The notes under the pieces are model-generated. The model did no database searches and had not been told where the DNA came from. It saw only the letters and a list, made by a program, of their open reading frames with translations. Of a stretch of DNA of 64,000 nucleotides, positions 56,145 to 64,000 are shown one piece after another. Both the position numbers and the translations under genes were made by a program. Numbering within the stretch: position 1 is the stretch's first letter; each line of letters begins with the position of its first letter. This stretch comes from an uncultured Treponema sp. (GTDB lineage: Bacteria > Spirochaetota > Spirochaetia > Treponematales > Treponemataceae): positions 1,261 to 65,260 of the forward strand of contig CAYFWC010000008.1 in the NCBI GenBank assembly GCA_964346805.1. The letters run 5' to 3'.

Positions 56145-57863
56145 CTAGTTGTCTTTTTTAGCGTTGAGCGCGTCACCCAGAGTAAATGCTCCGTCATCAT
56201 CATTTGAGGAAGAAGTCATATACTGACTGATTTCATCACGCTGCTGCTTACGCTTGAACTCGCGTACAGAGAAAGCAACCTGTTCCTTGTCCTTCTTAAC
56301 ATCTACAACGAAAACATTTATCTTGTCGCCAACATTGTACTTCTTGACGGCCTCTTCGTAAGGAGTCTCTCTGTCCTCGCTCAAGTTGCTCTTGTTGATA
56401 AGACCTTCAATTCCGCCCGGCGCCTTGACAAATACACCGAAGTCAGTGATTGAGGTAATCTCGCCCTCAAGAGTTGAGCCGGCGGGATACTCCTCGGCAA
56501 ATTTCTGCCACGGATCATCTGAAAGCTGCTTGAGGCCAATCTTAATACGGTGGTTCTCGGGATCGTTTTCGATAATTACAGCGTCAACTTCCTGGTCAAC
56601 CTTGAGTTCGCTTCCCGGATGCTTAACCTTCTTTGTCCAAGAAATATCGTCTCCGTGAAGGAAGCCGTCAATGCCGTCCTCGATGGAAACGAATGCGCCT
56701 GAATTTGTAATCTTAACAACCTTTCCGTGAATCTTAGTTCCGACAGGATATTTCTCAGCTATTGAATCCCACGGATTCTCCGTAACCTGCTTCAGTCCCA
56801 GAGAAACGCGTCCGGCCTGAATGTCATAGCCCAAAATCATGCACTTAACTTCATCGCCGATTTTGAGAAGATCACCGGGCTTGTTTACTTTCTTTGTCCA
56901 GCTGAATTCTGAAATATGGGCAAGCCCCTCAATTCCCTCTTCCAGCTCGATGAAAGCGCCGAAGTCCGTAAGCTTTGTTACTTTTCCGGTAACAATATCG
57001 TTTACATGGTACTTCTGCTCAAAGTGAACCCAAGGATCCTCTGAAAAATGCTTGAGAGAAAGGTTGATGCGCTTCTCTTCCGGATCCAGGCGGATTACTT
57101 TAAGCTCTATTTCCTGACCCTTCTTTACAAAGTCCTTCGGGCGTGTTACATGGCCCCAGCTCATGTCGTTGATGTGGAGCAGGCCGTCAAAGCCGCCCAG
57201 GTCAATGAATGCGCCGAAACTTGTGAAGGACTTTACAACGCCTTTCACGCTGTCGCCGATCTGTGTCTCGGCAAAGAATTTATCACGGGCCGTGCTCATC
57301 TGCTCTTCGAGGTACTTGCGGCGGTTAACCACAACATTTGCCTTGTTGTCAGAGTAGAGGCGCTCTATATAAAATTTACCCTTTGTTCCAAGCAGGCTCT
57401 CGGGTTTTTCAACCTTCTGGCTGTCAGACTGGCTGATGGGGAGGAATGCGTGAATGTCACCGCCGAGGGCTACATCGAAGCCGCCCTTTACGACTTTTTC
57501 GATTGTTCCGTCCACAACCGTCTTCTCGTCAAATGCCTTGCGGACATCCTTCCACTTTTGTTTGGCATCTGCTTTTGCTTTAGAAACTTCAGGACCGTTT
57601 CTACCGTCTTTACGAATAAGGACTACTGTTACTGTATCCCCGACATTCGGCAGATCACCTGCGAACTCCGTTACGGGAATCTTTCCCTCAGACTTGTATC
57701 CTATGTCAAGAAATACATACTCGTCTGTTACAGCGATTACTGAACCGTCAACAAGCTGGCCGTCTTCAAGCGATTTAAGATTATTGAGAGATTCTTCTAA
57801 TTGTGTCTGGATTGAGTCCTTGGAGTTCTGGGCTTCATCCGTTACCACTTCCGTCTTTTCCAT
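56145..57863 (-). CDS. rpsA: 30S ribosomal protein S1
   Basis: 572 aa with six S1 (OB-fold) repeats (G.V..I..FGAF...). Sits in the cmk-rpsA order. Confidence 0.9.
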   Translation of the reverse strand: MEKTEVVTDEAQNSKDSIQTQLEESLNNLKSLEDGQLVDGSVIAVTDEYVFLDIGYKSEGKIPVTEFAGDLPNVGDTVTVVLIRKDGRNGPEVSKAKADAKQKWKDVRKAFDEKTVVDGTIEKVVKGGFDVALGGDIHAFLPISQSDSQKVEKPESLLGTKGKFYIERLYSDNKANVVVNRRKYLEEQMSTARDKFFAETQIGDSVKGVVKSFTSFGAFIDLGGFDGLLHINDMSWGHVTRPKDFVKKGQEIELKVIRLDPEEKRINLSLKHFSEDPWVHFEQKYHVNDIVTGKVTKLTDFGAFIELEEGIEGLAHISEFSWTKKVNKPGDLLKIGDEVKCMILGYDIQAGRVSLGLKQVTENPWDSIAEKYPVGTKIHGKVVKITNSGAFVSIEDGIDGFLHGDDISWTKKVKHPGSELKVDQEVDAVIIENDPENHRIKIGLKQLSDDPWQKFAEEYPAGSTLEGEITSITDFGVFVKAPGGIEGLINKSNLSEDRETPYEEAVKKYNVGDKINVFVVDVKKDKEQVAFSVREFKRKQQRDEISQYMTSSSNDDDGAFTLGDALNAKKDN

Positions 57864-57872
57864 TTTTTACCC

Positions 57873-58508
57873 TTATGAGTGAATTTTGCTAATAATTATA
57901 GCACAAACTTCTTCAATAGTCAAGTCACTTGTATCAATATATTCAGCGTCCGGAGCGCGTTTCAGGGCGCCCACTTTCTTGTTCTTATCCATCTCGTCAC
58001 GCTTTATGATGGCGGCCTTTACCTCTTCGAGCGTCATGTCCGACACGCCCTGGTCAAAGCGGCGCTGCGCCTGAACATCAATCGAGGCGTCGAGGTAGAA
58101 TTTGTATTCAGCATTGGGAAAGACAACGGTTGTCATGTCGCGGCCCTCGCAGACTATGCTCTTTGAGCTGGTAATCTCGTGCATGCGGTCGTCGCATATC
58201 TTCCTTATTTCCGGAATTGCGGAAACCTGCGAGGCGCTGGCGGAAACCCTGTCCTCGTGGAGGCGTGACTCAACATCAACTCCGTTAAGGACCAGGTGTG
58301 AATTGCCGTCATAGTCCAGCGTCTGTTTTTTCGCGAATTCAACCACAGCCCTGTCGTCGCCAAGATTGATTCCGGCATCGAGGGAAGCCAGTGTGAGCGC
58401 CCTGTAAAAGGAGCCGCTGTTCAGGTATGTGATTCCGAGTCTTTTAGCGATGATTCCGGCTATTGTAGATTTACCGGTGCCGGCCGGTCCGTCAATTGCT
58501 ATAATCAT
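57873..58508 (-). CDS. cmk: cytidylate kinase
   Basis: IAIDGPAGTGKST P-loop. 211 aa. ATGA overlap with rluB. Confidence 0.9.
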   Translation of the reverse strand: MIIAIDGPAGTGKSTIAGIIAKRLGITYLNSGSFYRALTLASLDAGINLGDDRAVVEFAKKQTLDYDGNSHLVLNGVDVESRLHEDRVSASASQVSAIPEIRKICDDRMHEITSSKSIVCEGRDMTTVVFPNAEYKFYLDASIDVQAQRRFDQGVSDMTLEEVKAAIIKRDEMDKNKKVGALKRAPDAEYIDTSDLTIEEVCAIIISKIHS

Positions 58509-59251
58509 AAGTCCTTACTCCTGTTTGCAAGCGCCAGCAAGTCCTGGACTTCCCAGCCTGCCAGCTCGCGGAATTCACCGGGAGCCATTTCGTTTATATT
58601 GATGTTTCCGATTCTGACACGGGTCAGACGGCGGATACCGACTTCCTTTGACTCAAAAACACGGCGAATCTCACGGTTCTTGCCTTCTATGAGAACTACG
58701 GTCATGCGGTGCGAGTTAAGCTCGCGCGCGCTTTTTGCCCTGTAAAACACATCGTCTATGCGGATTCCCTTCTCAAAATCCTCCGCGAGCGTCCGCGGCA
58801 GAGGAAGGCTCGAGTCCACGACATATTCCTTTTCTATCTCGGCGCCGGGGTGGCTCACAGTCTTTGCAAATTCGCCGTCATTGGTGAATATTATGAGACC
58901 GCAGGAAAACATGTCCAGACGGCCCACATTATAAAGGCGCTCCGAATATTTTTCCTTTAAAAGGTCGGCGGCCACAGGACGGCCCTTCTCGTCGCTCATC
59001 GAGCATACATAGCCCTGAGGCTTGTTAAGGAGAATGTAGCGTTTTGTCTCCTCGCGGCTGACAGGAATTCCGTCCAGGGTAACAGAGTCTCCGTCCCCCA
59101 CTTTTGTTCCGAGTTCAGTGACAATGTTTCCGTTTACGGCTACACGGCCCTCCAGAATGATCTTTTCCGAGGCGCGGCGGCTTGCGACTCCGGCGTGCGC
59201 CAGAAAAGCCTGCAGCCGCTCCTGCTTTTTTTCTGTTGTATCAGCGGGCAA
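58505..59251 (-). CDS. rluB: rRNA pseudouridine synthase, RsuA/RluB family
   Basis: S4 domain (RLQAFLAHAGVASRRASEKIILEGRVAVNG) and catalytic GRLD. TTG start overlaps the end of scpB. Confidence 0.85.
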   Translation of the reverse strand: MPADTTEKKQERLQAFLAHAGVASRRASEKIILEGRVAVNGNIVTELGTKVGDGDSVTLDGIPVSREETKRYILLNKPQGYVCSMSDEKGRPVAADLLKEKYSERLYNVGRLDMFSCGLIIFTNDGEFAKTVSHPGAEIEKEYVVDSSLPLPRTLAEDFEKGIRIDDVFYRAKSARELNSHRMTVVLIEGKNREIRRVFESKEVGIRRLTRVRIGNININEMAPGEFRELAGWEVQDLLALANRSKDL

Positions 59252-59786
59252 GTTCGAACCTCTCTTCCTCTTCCTCGTCCAGTTTCGGCAAATCCGCGAT
59301 GGAATTTAGTCTGAAGAATTTGAGGAATTCTTTTGTTGTGCCGTACTGGCTGGGTTTTCCGGGAATATCTTTTTTTCCGACTTCCTTAATAAGGTTGCGC
59401 TCAATCAAAAGCCGTATCATATTGTCCGCGCTCACACCGCGGATATCCTCAATTTCCGCGCGCGTAATCGGCTGTGAGTATGCGATGATGGAAAGTGTCT
59501 CCATAGCGGACTTTGAGAGACGGCCCTCGTTTTTGGAACCGTAGCGCTCCTTTAGAAGGTCCCACATTTGTTTTTTGGGAATGAGCGCCCAGCCGCCCGT
59601 GATCATTGTAAGCTCAACGCCGCAGTAGTCCGCCGAGTATTTCAATTTAAGATTTTCAATACATTTCTGAACAACTTCTTCCGAAAGCTGTGTGATTTGT
59701 GCGATTGTTTTTTCTGCAAGCGGCTCACTGTCCAAAAAGAGAACCGCCTCGACCAGTGCAGATTCAGTGTCAAGATTCATTTCCAT
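59241..59786 (-). CDS. scpB: segregation and condensation protein B
   Basis: 181 aa. Contains LEAVLFLDSEPL..., LSKSAMETLSIIAYSQPITRAEIEDIRGV and the GRPxxYxTT-like GKPSQYGTT. Confidence 0.9.
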   Translation of the reverse strand: MEMNLDTESALVEAVLFLDSEPLAEKTIAQITQLSEEVVQKCIENLKLKYSADYCGVELTMITGGWALIPKKQMWDLLKERYGSKNEGRLSKSAMETLSIIAYSQPITRAEIEDIRGVSADNMIRLLIERNLIKEVGKKDIPGKPSQYGTTKEFLKFFRLNSIADLPKLDEEEEERFELAR

Positions 59787-59807
59787 AGAAATGAATTATA
59801 CCAAATT

Positions 59808-60590
59808 TCAGGCGGCAGGTCTATACTTGCAGATTTTTATATCACCGAAAAGCCGGCTCTGGAAGATCGTCGCCATCTTGAACTTTACGGCCTCAAGAAT
59901 TGCCATAAAGGCGCAGATTACATCCATTTCGTTGCCGCGGCGGGTAATGAGATCCGTAAACATGCACTGTCCGCCCTCGTCCAATTTCTCGTTCATAAGG
60001 GTGATTTTTTCGTTTACGGAAATTTCTTCATACATGTTAAGAATTTTTTCGTTGGAGTACTGGTTTACCATAGTGCGGAAGATTTTCTGCATCTGCTGAA
60101 GAAGGTCCCATGTATCCACGCGTTCCCACTGGCTTTCCGCATCCTCAAAAGGAAGCATGCGCTGAATTTTTTTCCGCTCAAACACATAGGCCGAATCATC
60201 TTCCTGCCCTTCCATAAGTTCGGAGAGTTTCTTGAATTTCTGGTATTCAATAAGTTTGTCAACAAGTTCCTGACGGGGATCCTCAATATCATCGTCATCA
60301 TCATAGGCTACATCAACAGGAAGAAGCATGCGGCTCTTAATGTAAACGAGTTTTGCGGCCCACGAGTAGAACTCACTGAGATCTGTCAAGTCTGTGTCCA
60401 CGAGGTTGTCAAGATAGTCCAAATACTGTTCCGTAATCTGGGCGATAGGAATATCATAAATATTAACTTTGCTTTCGCGGATTAGATGCCATAGTAAGTC
60501 AAGCGGGCCGCTGAAAGTGCCTGCGGAAAAATTCTTTCCGACATTGCGCTCAATCTCATCTGTCCGAGTCTCTTCCAATACTTGTTCCAT
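59808..60590 (-). CDS. scpA: segregation and condensation protein A
   Basis: 260-aa kleisin. Contains FSGPLDLLWHLIRESKVNIYDIPIAQITEQY. Confidence 0.9.
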   Translation of the reverse strand: MEQVLEETRTDEIERNVGKNFSAGTFSGPLDLLWHLIRESKVNIYDIPIAQITEQYLDYLDNLVDTDLTDLSEFYSWAAKLVYIKSRMLLPVDVAYDDDDDIEDPRQELVDKLIEYQKFKKLSELMEGQEDDSAYVFERKKIQRMLPFEDAESQWERVDTWDLLQQMQKIFRTMVNQYSNEKILNMYEEISVNEKITLMNEKLDEGGQCMFTDLITRRGNEMDVICAFMAILEAVKFKMATIFQSRLFGDIKICKYRPAA

Positions 60591-61161
60591 ATTTCAACCT
60601 CTTTGAAAAGTCCTCTGCACTCATATATTTCTCAACACCGGACTCACATCCTTTTAATGCTGAACATGCTTGCGTCAATTCATTTATTTTTTTTGAATCA
60701 AAGGCTTTACAGTTTTTATTATCGGAAGATTCTGTAAAAATCTCAAGTAAAGGAACAAGAACAAAAGCGCGTTCTTCCAGTCGCGGATGCGGAACAGTCA
60801 AATCGTCCTCATCGATATTATGCAATCCGAAGAGCTCTATGTCAATATCCAGTGGACGCGGTCCAAAGCGGATTTCCTTTGCCCGGTTCCGACCGTATCT
60901 GTTTTCTATCAGGTGAATTTTATCCAGCAGGCTGTATGCGCCCGCTGTATCGTTACTTGTATCGAATCGGCCGGCGACGCACATATTGTAGAAGTCATCC
61001 TGGTCAGTAACATACATGGCCCTTGTCTTATAGACAGAAGAACATGTAAGGTCTGCCAGAACAGAAGACAAGTCGCTGACAGCACGGACCAGAATGTCAA
61101 TGCATGAAAGAGAATCAAGTCTTCTGTTTGAGCCGAGGCCCAGAACCACAGGCAGCAGCAC
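60556..61161 (-). CDS. folK: 2-amino-4-hydroxy-6-hydroxymethyldihydropteridine diphosphokinase (HPPK)
   Basis: LGLGSN..., the GPRPLDIDIELF motif and PHPRLEERAFVLVPL. GTG start. Has a C-terminal extension of about 40 aa. Overlaps scpA by 35 nt. Confidence 0.8.
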   Translation of the reverse strand: MLLPVVLGLGSNRRLDSLSCIDILVRAVSDLSSVLADLTCSSVYKTRAMYVTDQDDFYNMCVAGRFDTSNDTAGAYSLLDKIHLIENRYGRNRAKEIRFGPRPLDIDIELFGLHNIDEDDLTVPHPRLEERAFVLVPLLEIFTESSDNKNCKAFDSKKINELTQACSALKGCESGVEKYMSAEDFSKRLKYGTSIGRDSDR

Positions 61162-61179
61162 CGGTCAATTTCCTTTTAT

Positions 61180-62433
61180 TTAGAAGAGTTCATCGGGAAC
61201 TTCTTTCGCGGCCGCGGTTTTTTTTGCAGTCGTCTTTGAGGCGGCCTTTGCCGGGGCGGCTTCTTTTTCAGGAGCGGCCTTTTCCTCAGCTGGAGGAGTT
61301 GCGTCCGTTACAAGCCCGCCCGTACCAACGCCTTTTGCGCGCATGGCGGCCTCGTAGGCCTTAATCTGACTGTCGGTTACAATCTCGCCCTCTTTTGTGC
61401 GGAGAACCTGTCCCGGGAAAATCATATCGCGAAGACTGTGCTCCAGCTCAATCTTGTAGTCAGAATTGCTCTCAATAAAGGCGACGGCATTCTCCTTGCC
61501 CTGGCCAACTTTCTCGTCTCCGCGGGTATACCAGGCGCCGCGCTTGTCGATCAGGCCGTGCTTTACGGCGCTGTCCAGAAGAGAGGCCGCCTTTGAAATA
61601 CCTTTTCCAAAGTAGATGTCCAGCTCAACCTTGCGGAAAGGCGGAGCCACCTTATTCTTTACAATCTTTACGCGGACGCGGTTACCGATTGCGTCCGCGT
61701 CTCCCTTACCGTCGATTGTCTCGATACGGCGGATTTCAAGACGGACAGAAGAATAGAATTTCAGAGCGTTTCCGCCAGTAGTTGTCTCCGGGTTTCCGAA
61801 CATAATTCCAATCTTCATGCGAATCTGGTTGATAAAGATTACGGTACACTTGCTCTTTCCGACAATTGCCGTAAGTTTTCTGAGTGCCTGGCTCATAAGT
61901 CTGGCCTGAAGCCCCATGACAGAGTCGCCCATCTCGCCCTCGATTTCCTTTTGCGGGGTAAGAGCGGCGACAGAGTCAATTACGATAATATCGACAGCGC
62001 CGGAACGGACAAGATTCTCGCAAATCTCAAGGGCCTGCTCACCGGTATCAGGCTGGGAGACCCAGAGTTCATCAATATTAACGCCGAGATTCTTAGCGTA
62101 AATAGGATCAAGCGCATGCTCGGCATCGATAAAGGCCGCGATGCCTCCAAGCTTCTGCGATTCTGCGACCGCATGCAGGGCCAGCGTGGTTTTTCCGGAA
62201 GATTCCGGACCGTACATTTCGATTACGCGACCGCGCGGATAACCGCCTATTCCCAGCGCCTCGTCAAGCAGGATAGAGCCTGACGGAATCACATCGATTT
62301 TTGCGGTATCAGTCTGGGCACCCAGTTTCATCAGAGAGCCCTGACCAAACTGCTTCTCAATCTGAAGCCGCGCGGCCTCCAAAGCCTGGAGTTTTTCGTT
62401 TCCACTTGCGGCGGCCTCTTTTTTTTCAGCCAT
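61180..62433 (-). CDS. recA: recombinase RecA with an extended low-complexity C-terminal tail
   Basis: Walker [24 protein letters not shown] and [10 protein letters not shown]. 417 aa, compared with about 350 for typical RecA. Confidence 0.95.
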   Translation of the reverse strand: MAEKKEAAASGNEKLQALEAARLQIEKQFGQGSLMKLGAQTDTAKIDVIPSGSILLDEALGIGGYPRGRVIEMYGPESSGKTTLALHAVAESQKLGGIAAFIDAEHALDPIYAKNLGVNIDELWVSQPDTGEQALEICENLVRSGAVDIIVIDSVAALTPQKEIEGEMGDSVMGLQARLMSQALRKLTAIVGKSKCTVIFINQIRMKIGIMFGNPETTTGGNALKFYSSVRLEIRRIETIDGKGDADAIGNRVRVKIVKNKVAPPFRKVELDIYFGKGISKAASLLDSAVKHGLIDKRGAWYTRGDEKVGQGKENAVAFIESNSDYKIELEHSLRDMIFPGQVLRTKEGEIVTDSQIKAYEAAMRAKGVGTGGLVTDATPPAEEKAAPEKEAAPAKAASKTTAKKTAAAKEVPDELF

Positions 62434-62507
62434 ATATTTCCTCCACCTTTAACATATACATTTTTATAAAAATCTGACGAATATTTTAAAAGAATTTACA
62501 CTTTTTT

Positions 62508-63599
62508 TTAAAAAGGTTCAACGCTCTGGTAAACGGAACGCCCCCGGAGCGAGAGTTTTGCGCCGTCGGTCGTAATTCTTCCCAAAATGCGGACAGGCTT
62601 CTCACAGTTTATCGCGGGAACAGGAAGAAAGTCAAAGTAAACCCTTACAATTCCCTCGACATTCCTAATGTTCTCGTAGCCGACAAGAAGGTCGCAGGAA
62701 TACGAGGCGGTGCCCAGCTCGGTGTTTGAGATTCTTCCGGACCAGTCGACATAGCAGTCAATGTAAAGTTCGGGGGCTTTTGCGACTTCCGCATAAGAAT
62801 AATTGTCATGGAGACTGTCAAAGCCGGGAACGGTAAAATAGCCGGCCAACTCACGGGCCTTGCGCTTGACGGCTGCGGAAGCGTTGGAATTTAGAATCAA
62901 GTTTATTTCCTTCTGCGCGGCGTTGTCACGGTAGTGCTGGAAAAGATCTGCGGCGCTGTTGTAGGCCGCATTGACCTCACGGGCGCTGAGCTCATACTTA
63001 AAGGCCGGGGAAGAGCCGGTTTCCACCGGAGAAGAACTTTCAGATGCCGAAAGCATAAGACATGAAATGTCGGCACGGCCGTCCTTGGCAAAATTATTCC
63101 TGGGCCAGAAATGAACCGCCGCAAGTCCGCACAGAGCGCCCAGCAGAAGGGACAGGACAAGCCTGCGAATCTGGTCGGGATTTACGCCCAGTCTCGGATA
63201 GTAGCGCTCAATACGGCCGTCGTCCACCCAGCGGCAGATTTCCTCGTAGTCACCGTGCGTGCGGACAAATTCAAGGGCGCGCTTCGCATCGGGGTTGTCA
63301 GGCTCCAGGTCCAGAATGTCCAGATAATACTGAACCGCCCTCTCCGTATCGCCTCTCCGCAGGAAAATGGCGGCCTGCGCCAGAAGAAGATTTGCGTCGT
63401 TAAGCCTGCACTTACGGGCAGACTCAAAATTCTGGGCCGCGGAACCGGTGTCCCCGGCATACAAAAAGGCAAGGCCGAGAGTATAGCTGTAGTCAAAAGA
63501 GTCCTCATAAATCTCACGCTTTGCATTTAAAACGGAAATAGCGTCGGCAAATTTCCGGCGCTTCATAAGACCGAGAGCTCTTTCAATGGCGCTTTTCAC
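62508..63599 (-). CDS. TPR-repeat protein with an internal TM helix
   Basis: N-terminal TPR repeats (YTLGLAFLYAGDTGSAAQNFESA..., AVQYYLDILDLEPDN) and a TM helix (LVLSLLLGALCGLAAVHF). GTG start overlaps the upstream stop (GTGA). Confidence 0.65.
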   Translation of the reverse strand: MKSAIERALGLMKRRKFADAISVLNAKREIYEDSFDYSYTLGLAFLYAGDTGSAAQNFESARKCRLNDANLLLAQAAIFLRRGDTERAVQYYLDILDLEPDNPDAKRALEFVRTHGDYEEICRWVDDGRIERYYPRLGVNPDQIRRLVLSLLLGALCGLAAVHFWPRNNFAKDGRADISCLMLSASESSSPVETGSSPAFKYELSAREVNAAYNSAADLFQHYRDNAAQKEINLILNSNASAAVKRKARELAGYFTVPGFDSLHDNYSYAEVAKAPELYIDCYVDWSGRISNTELGTASYSCDLLVGYENIRNVEGIVRVYFDFLPVPAINCEKPVRILGRITTDGAKLSLRGRSVYQSVEPF

Positions 63600-64000
63600 T
63601 TGCGGCTCCTGAGCACTTGGAGAACTTCGTCAATCTCAGTCTGGAGCTGCTGAATTTTCAGGCGGTTAAGACTGGGATCGCTTTTCTCCAGTGAATTGAT
63701 ATGGTTTATCAGCTGCTGAACATAATCAGCATTCAGCTTTGACGGATCTATACTGCCTAAATCTGTGTCAAATTCATAGTTTTTGTCGCCGGTATCCTCC
63801 GGCCCGGCAGACACATTTCCGGGTTCGGCCGTCTTTTCTGCGGGCGGAGGCACTGCGACCGCAGGCTCTGCCGCCGGAATCACAGCAGCCTGTTCAGGAG
63901 CGGCTTTGGCCGGGTTAACAATTATAATCTGCTTTCCGGCATTCTGAAAGTCGTTCCGGGAGAAGTTGATTCTGTATGAGTAAGAAAGGCTGCCATTATC
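63596..64000 (-). CDS. hypothetical protein (C-terminal part; the start probably lies beyond the window end)
   Basis: The track ORF starts at a GTG at 63883. The same frame stays open through base 64000 (...NFSRNDFQNAGKQIIIVNPAKAAPEQAAVIPAAEP...). Confidence 0.5.
   Translation of the reverse strand, partial: DNGSLSYSYRINFSRNDFQNAGKQIIIVNPAKAAPEQAAVIPAAEPAVAVPPPAEKTAEPGNVSAGPEDTGDKNYEFDTDLGSIDPSKLNADYVQQLINHINSLEKSDPSLNRLKIQQLQTEIDEVLQVLRSRK

Noticed and set aside
59568-60485. 305-aa plus-strand ORF antisense to scpA/scpB. Similar long antisense ORFs lie at 57048-57743 (antisense to rpsA), 8215-8859 (antisense to argH), 33604-34407, and 42879-43493 (a His-rich mirror of the fliY Met repeat).
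   Set aside because: Each lies entirely opposite a gene with clear family signatures. Their translations are low-complexity or Phe/Leu/Cys/His-rich with no recognisable motifs. None has a convincing SD or promoter.

Overview
This 64-kb window looks like core chromosome of a Treponema-type spirochaete. About 90% of the genes are on the minus strand. All calls rest on motif and gene-order recognition only; no BLAST, HMM or Rfam search was possible.

The taxon call rests on two gene orders. One is the spirochaete-style flagellar motor/export operon, flbD-motA-motB-fliL-fliM-fliY-fliO-fliP-fliQ-fliR-flhB-flhA-flhF-flhG-x-fliA. The other is a V-type ATPase operon ordered E-x-A-B-D-I-K, as in T. 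pallidum.

Gene content from left to right:
- a partial hypothetical gene
- yajC-secD-secF-ispH
- tRNA-Val
- a polar amino-acid ABC transporter
- a 2 x 143-bp structured tandem repeat
- one long ORF joining a sensor domain, a GGDEF domain and a complete ArgH
- ilvE-ilvD-ilvB
- rfbB and an Omp85-like outer-membrane protein (plus strand)
- ispG attached to the V-ATPase operon
- galM
- uncharacterised genes downstream of fliA
- the large flagellar operon
- an orphan OmpR-type response regulator
- a JAB/JAMM-DinG fusion helicase
- tRNA-Glu
- a FAH-like hypothetical gene divergent from a small alarmone synthetase
- tRNA-Pro
- a lipoprotein and TPR genes
- a GAF-sigma54 activator
- rpsA-cmk-rluB-scpB-scpA-folK-recA
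- two further hypothetical genes

I found no CRISPR array, transposase, integrase, prophage or recognisable defence island.

The observations most worth a second look:
- the perfect 143-bp tandem repeat made of four hairpins (7763-8054)
- the in-frame GGDEF-ArgH junction, with an out-of-frame TAA overlapping the ArgH ATG
- the JAMM-DinG helicase that starts directly behind the tRNA-Glu terminator
- a recurring near-consensus promoter placed 6-8 nt before an ATG with no Shine-Dalgarno (SD), suggesting leaderless mRNAs
- a shared hairpin repeat at two unrelated loci

The ORF track uses ATG, GTG and TTG starts. I re-checked starts against the sequence where stated. Hand-derived non-CDS coordinates may be off by a base or so.
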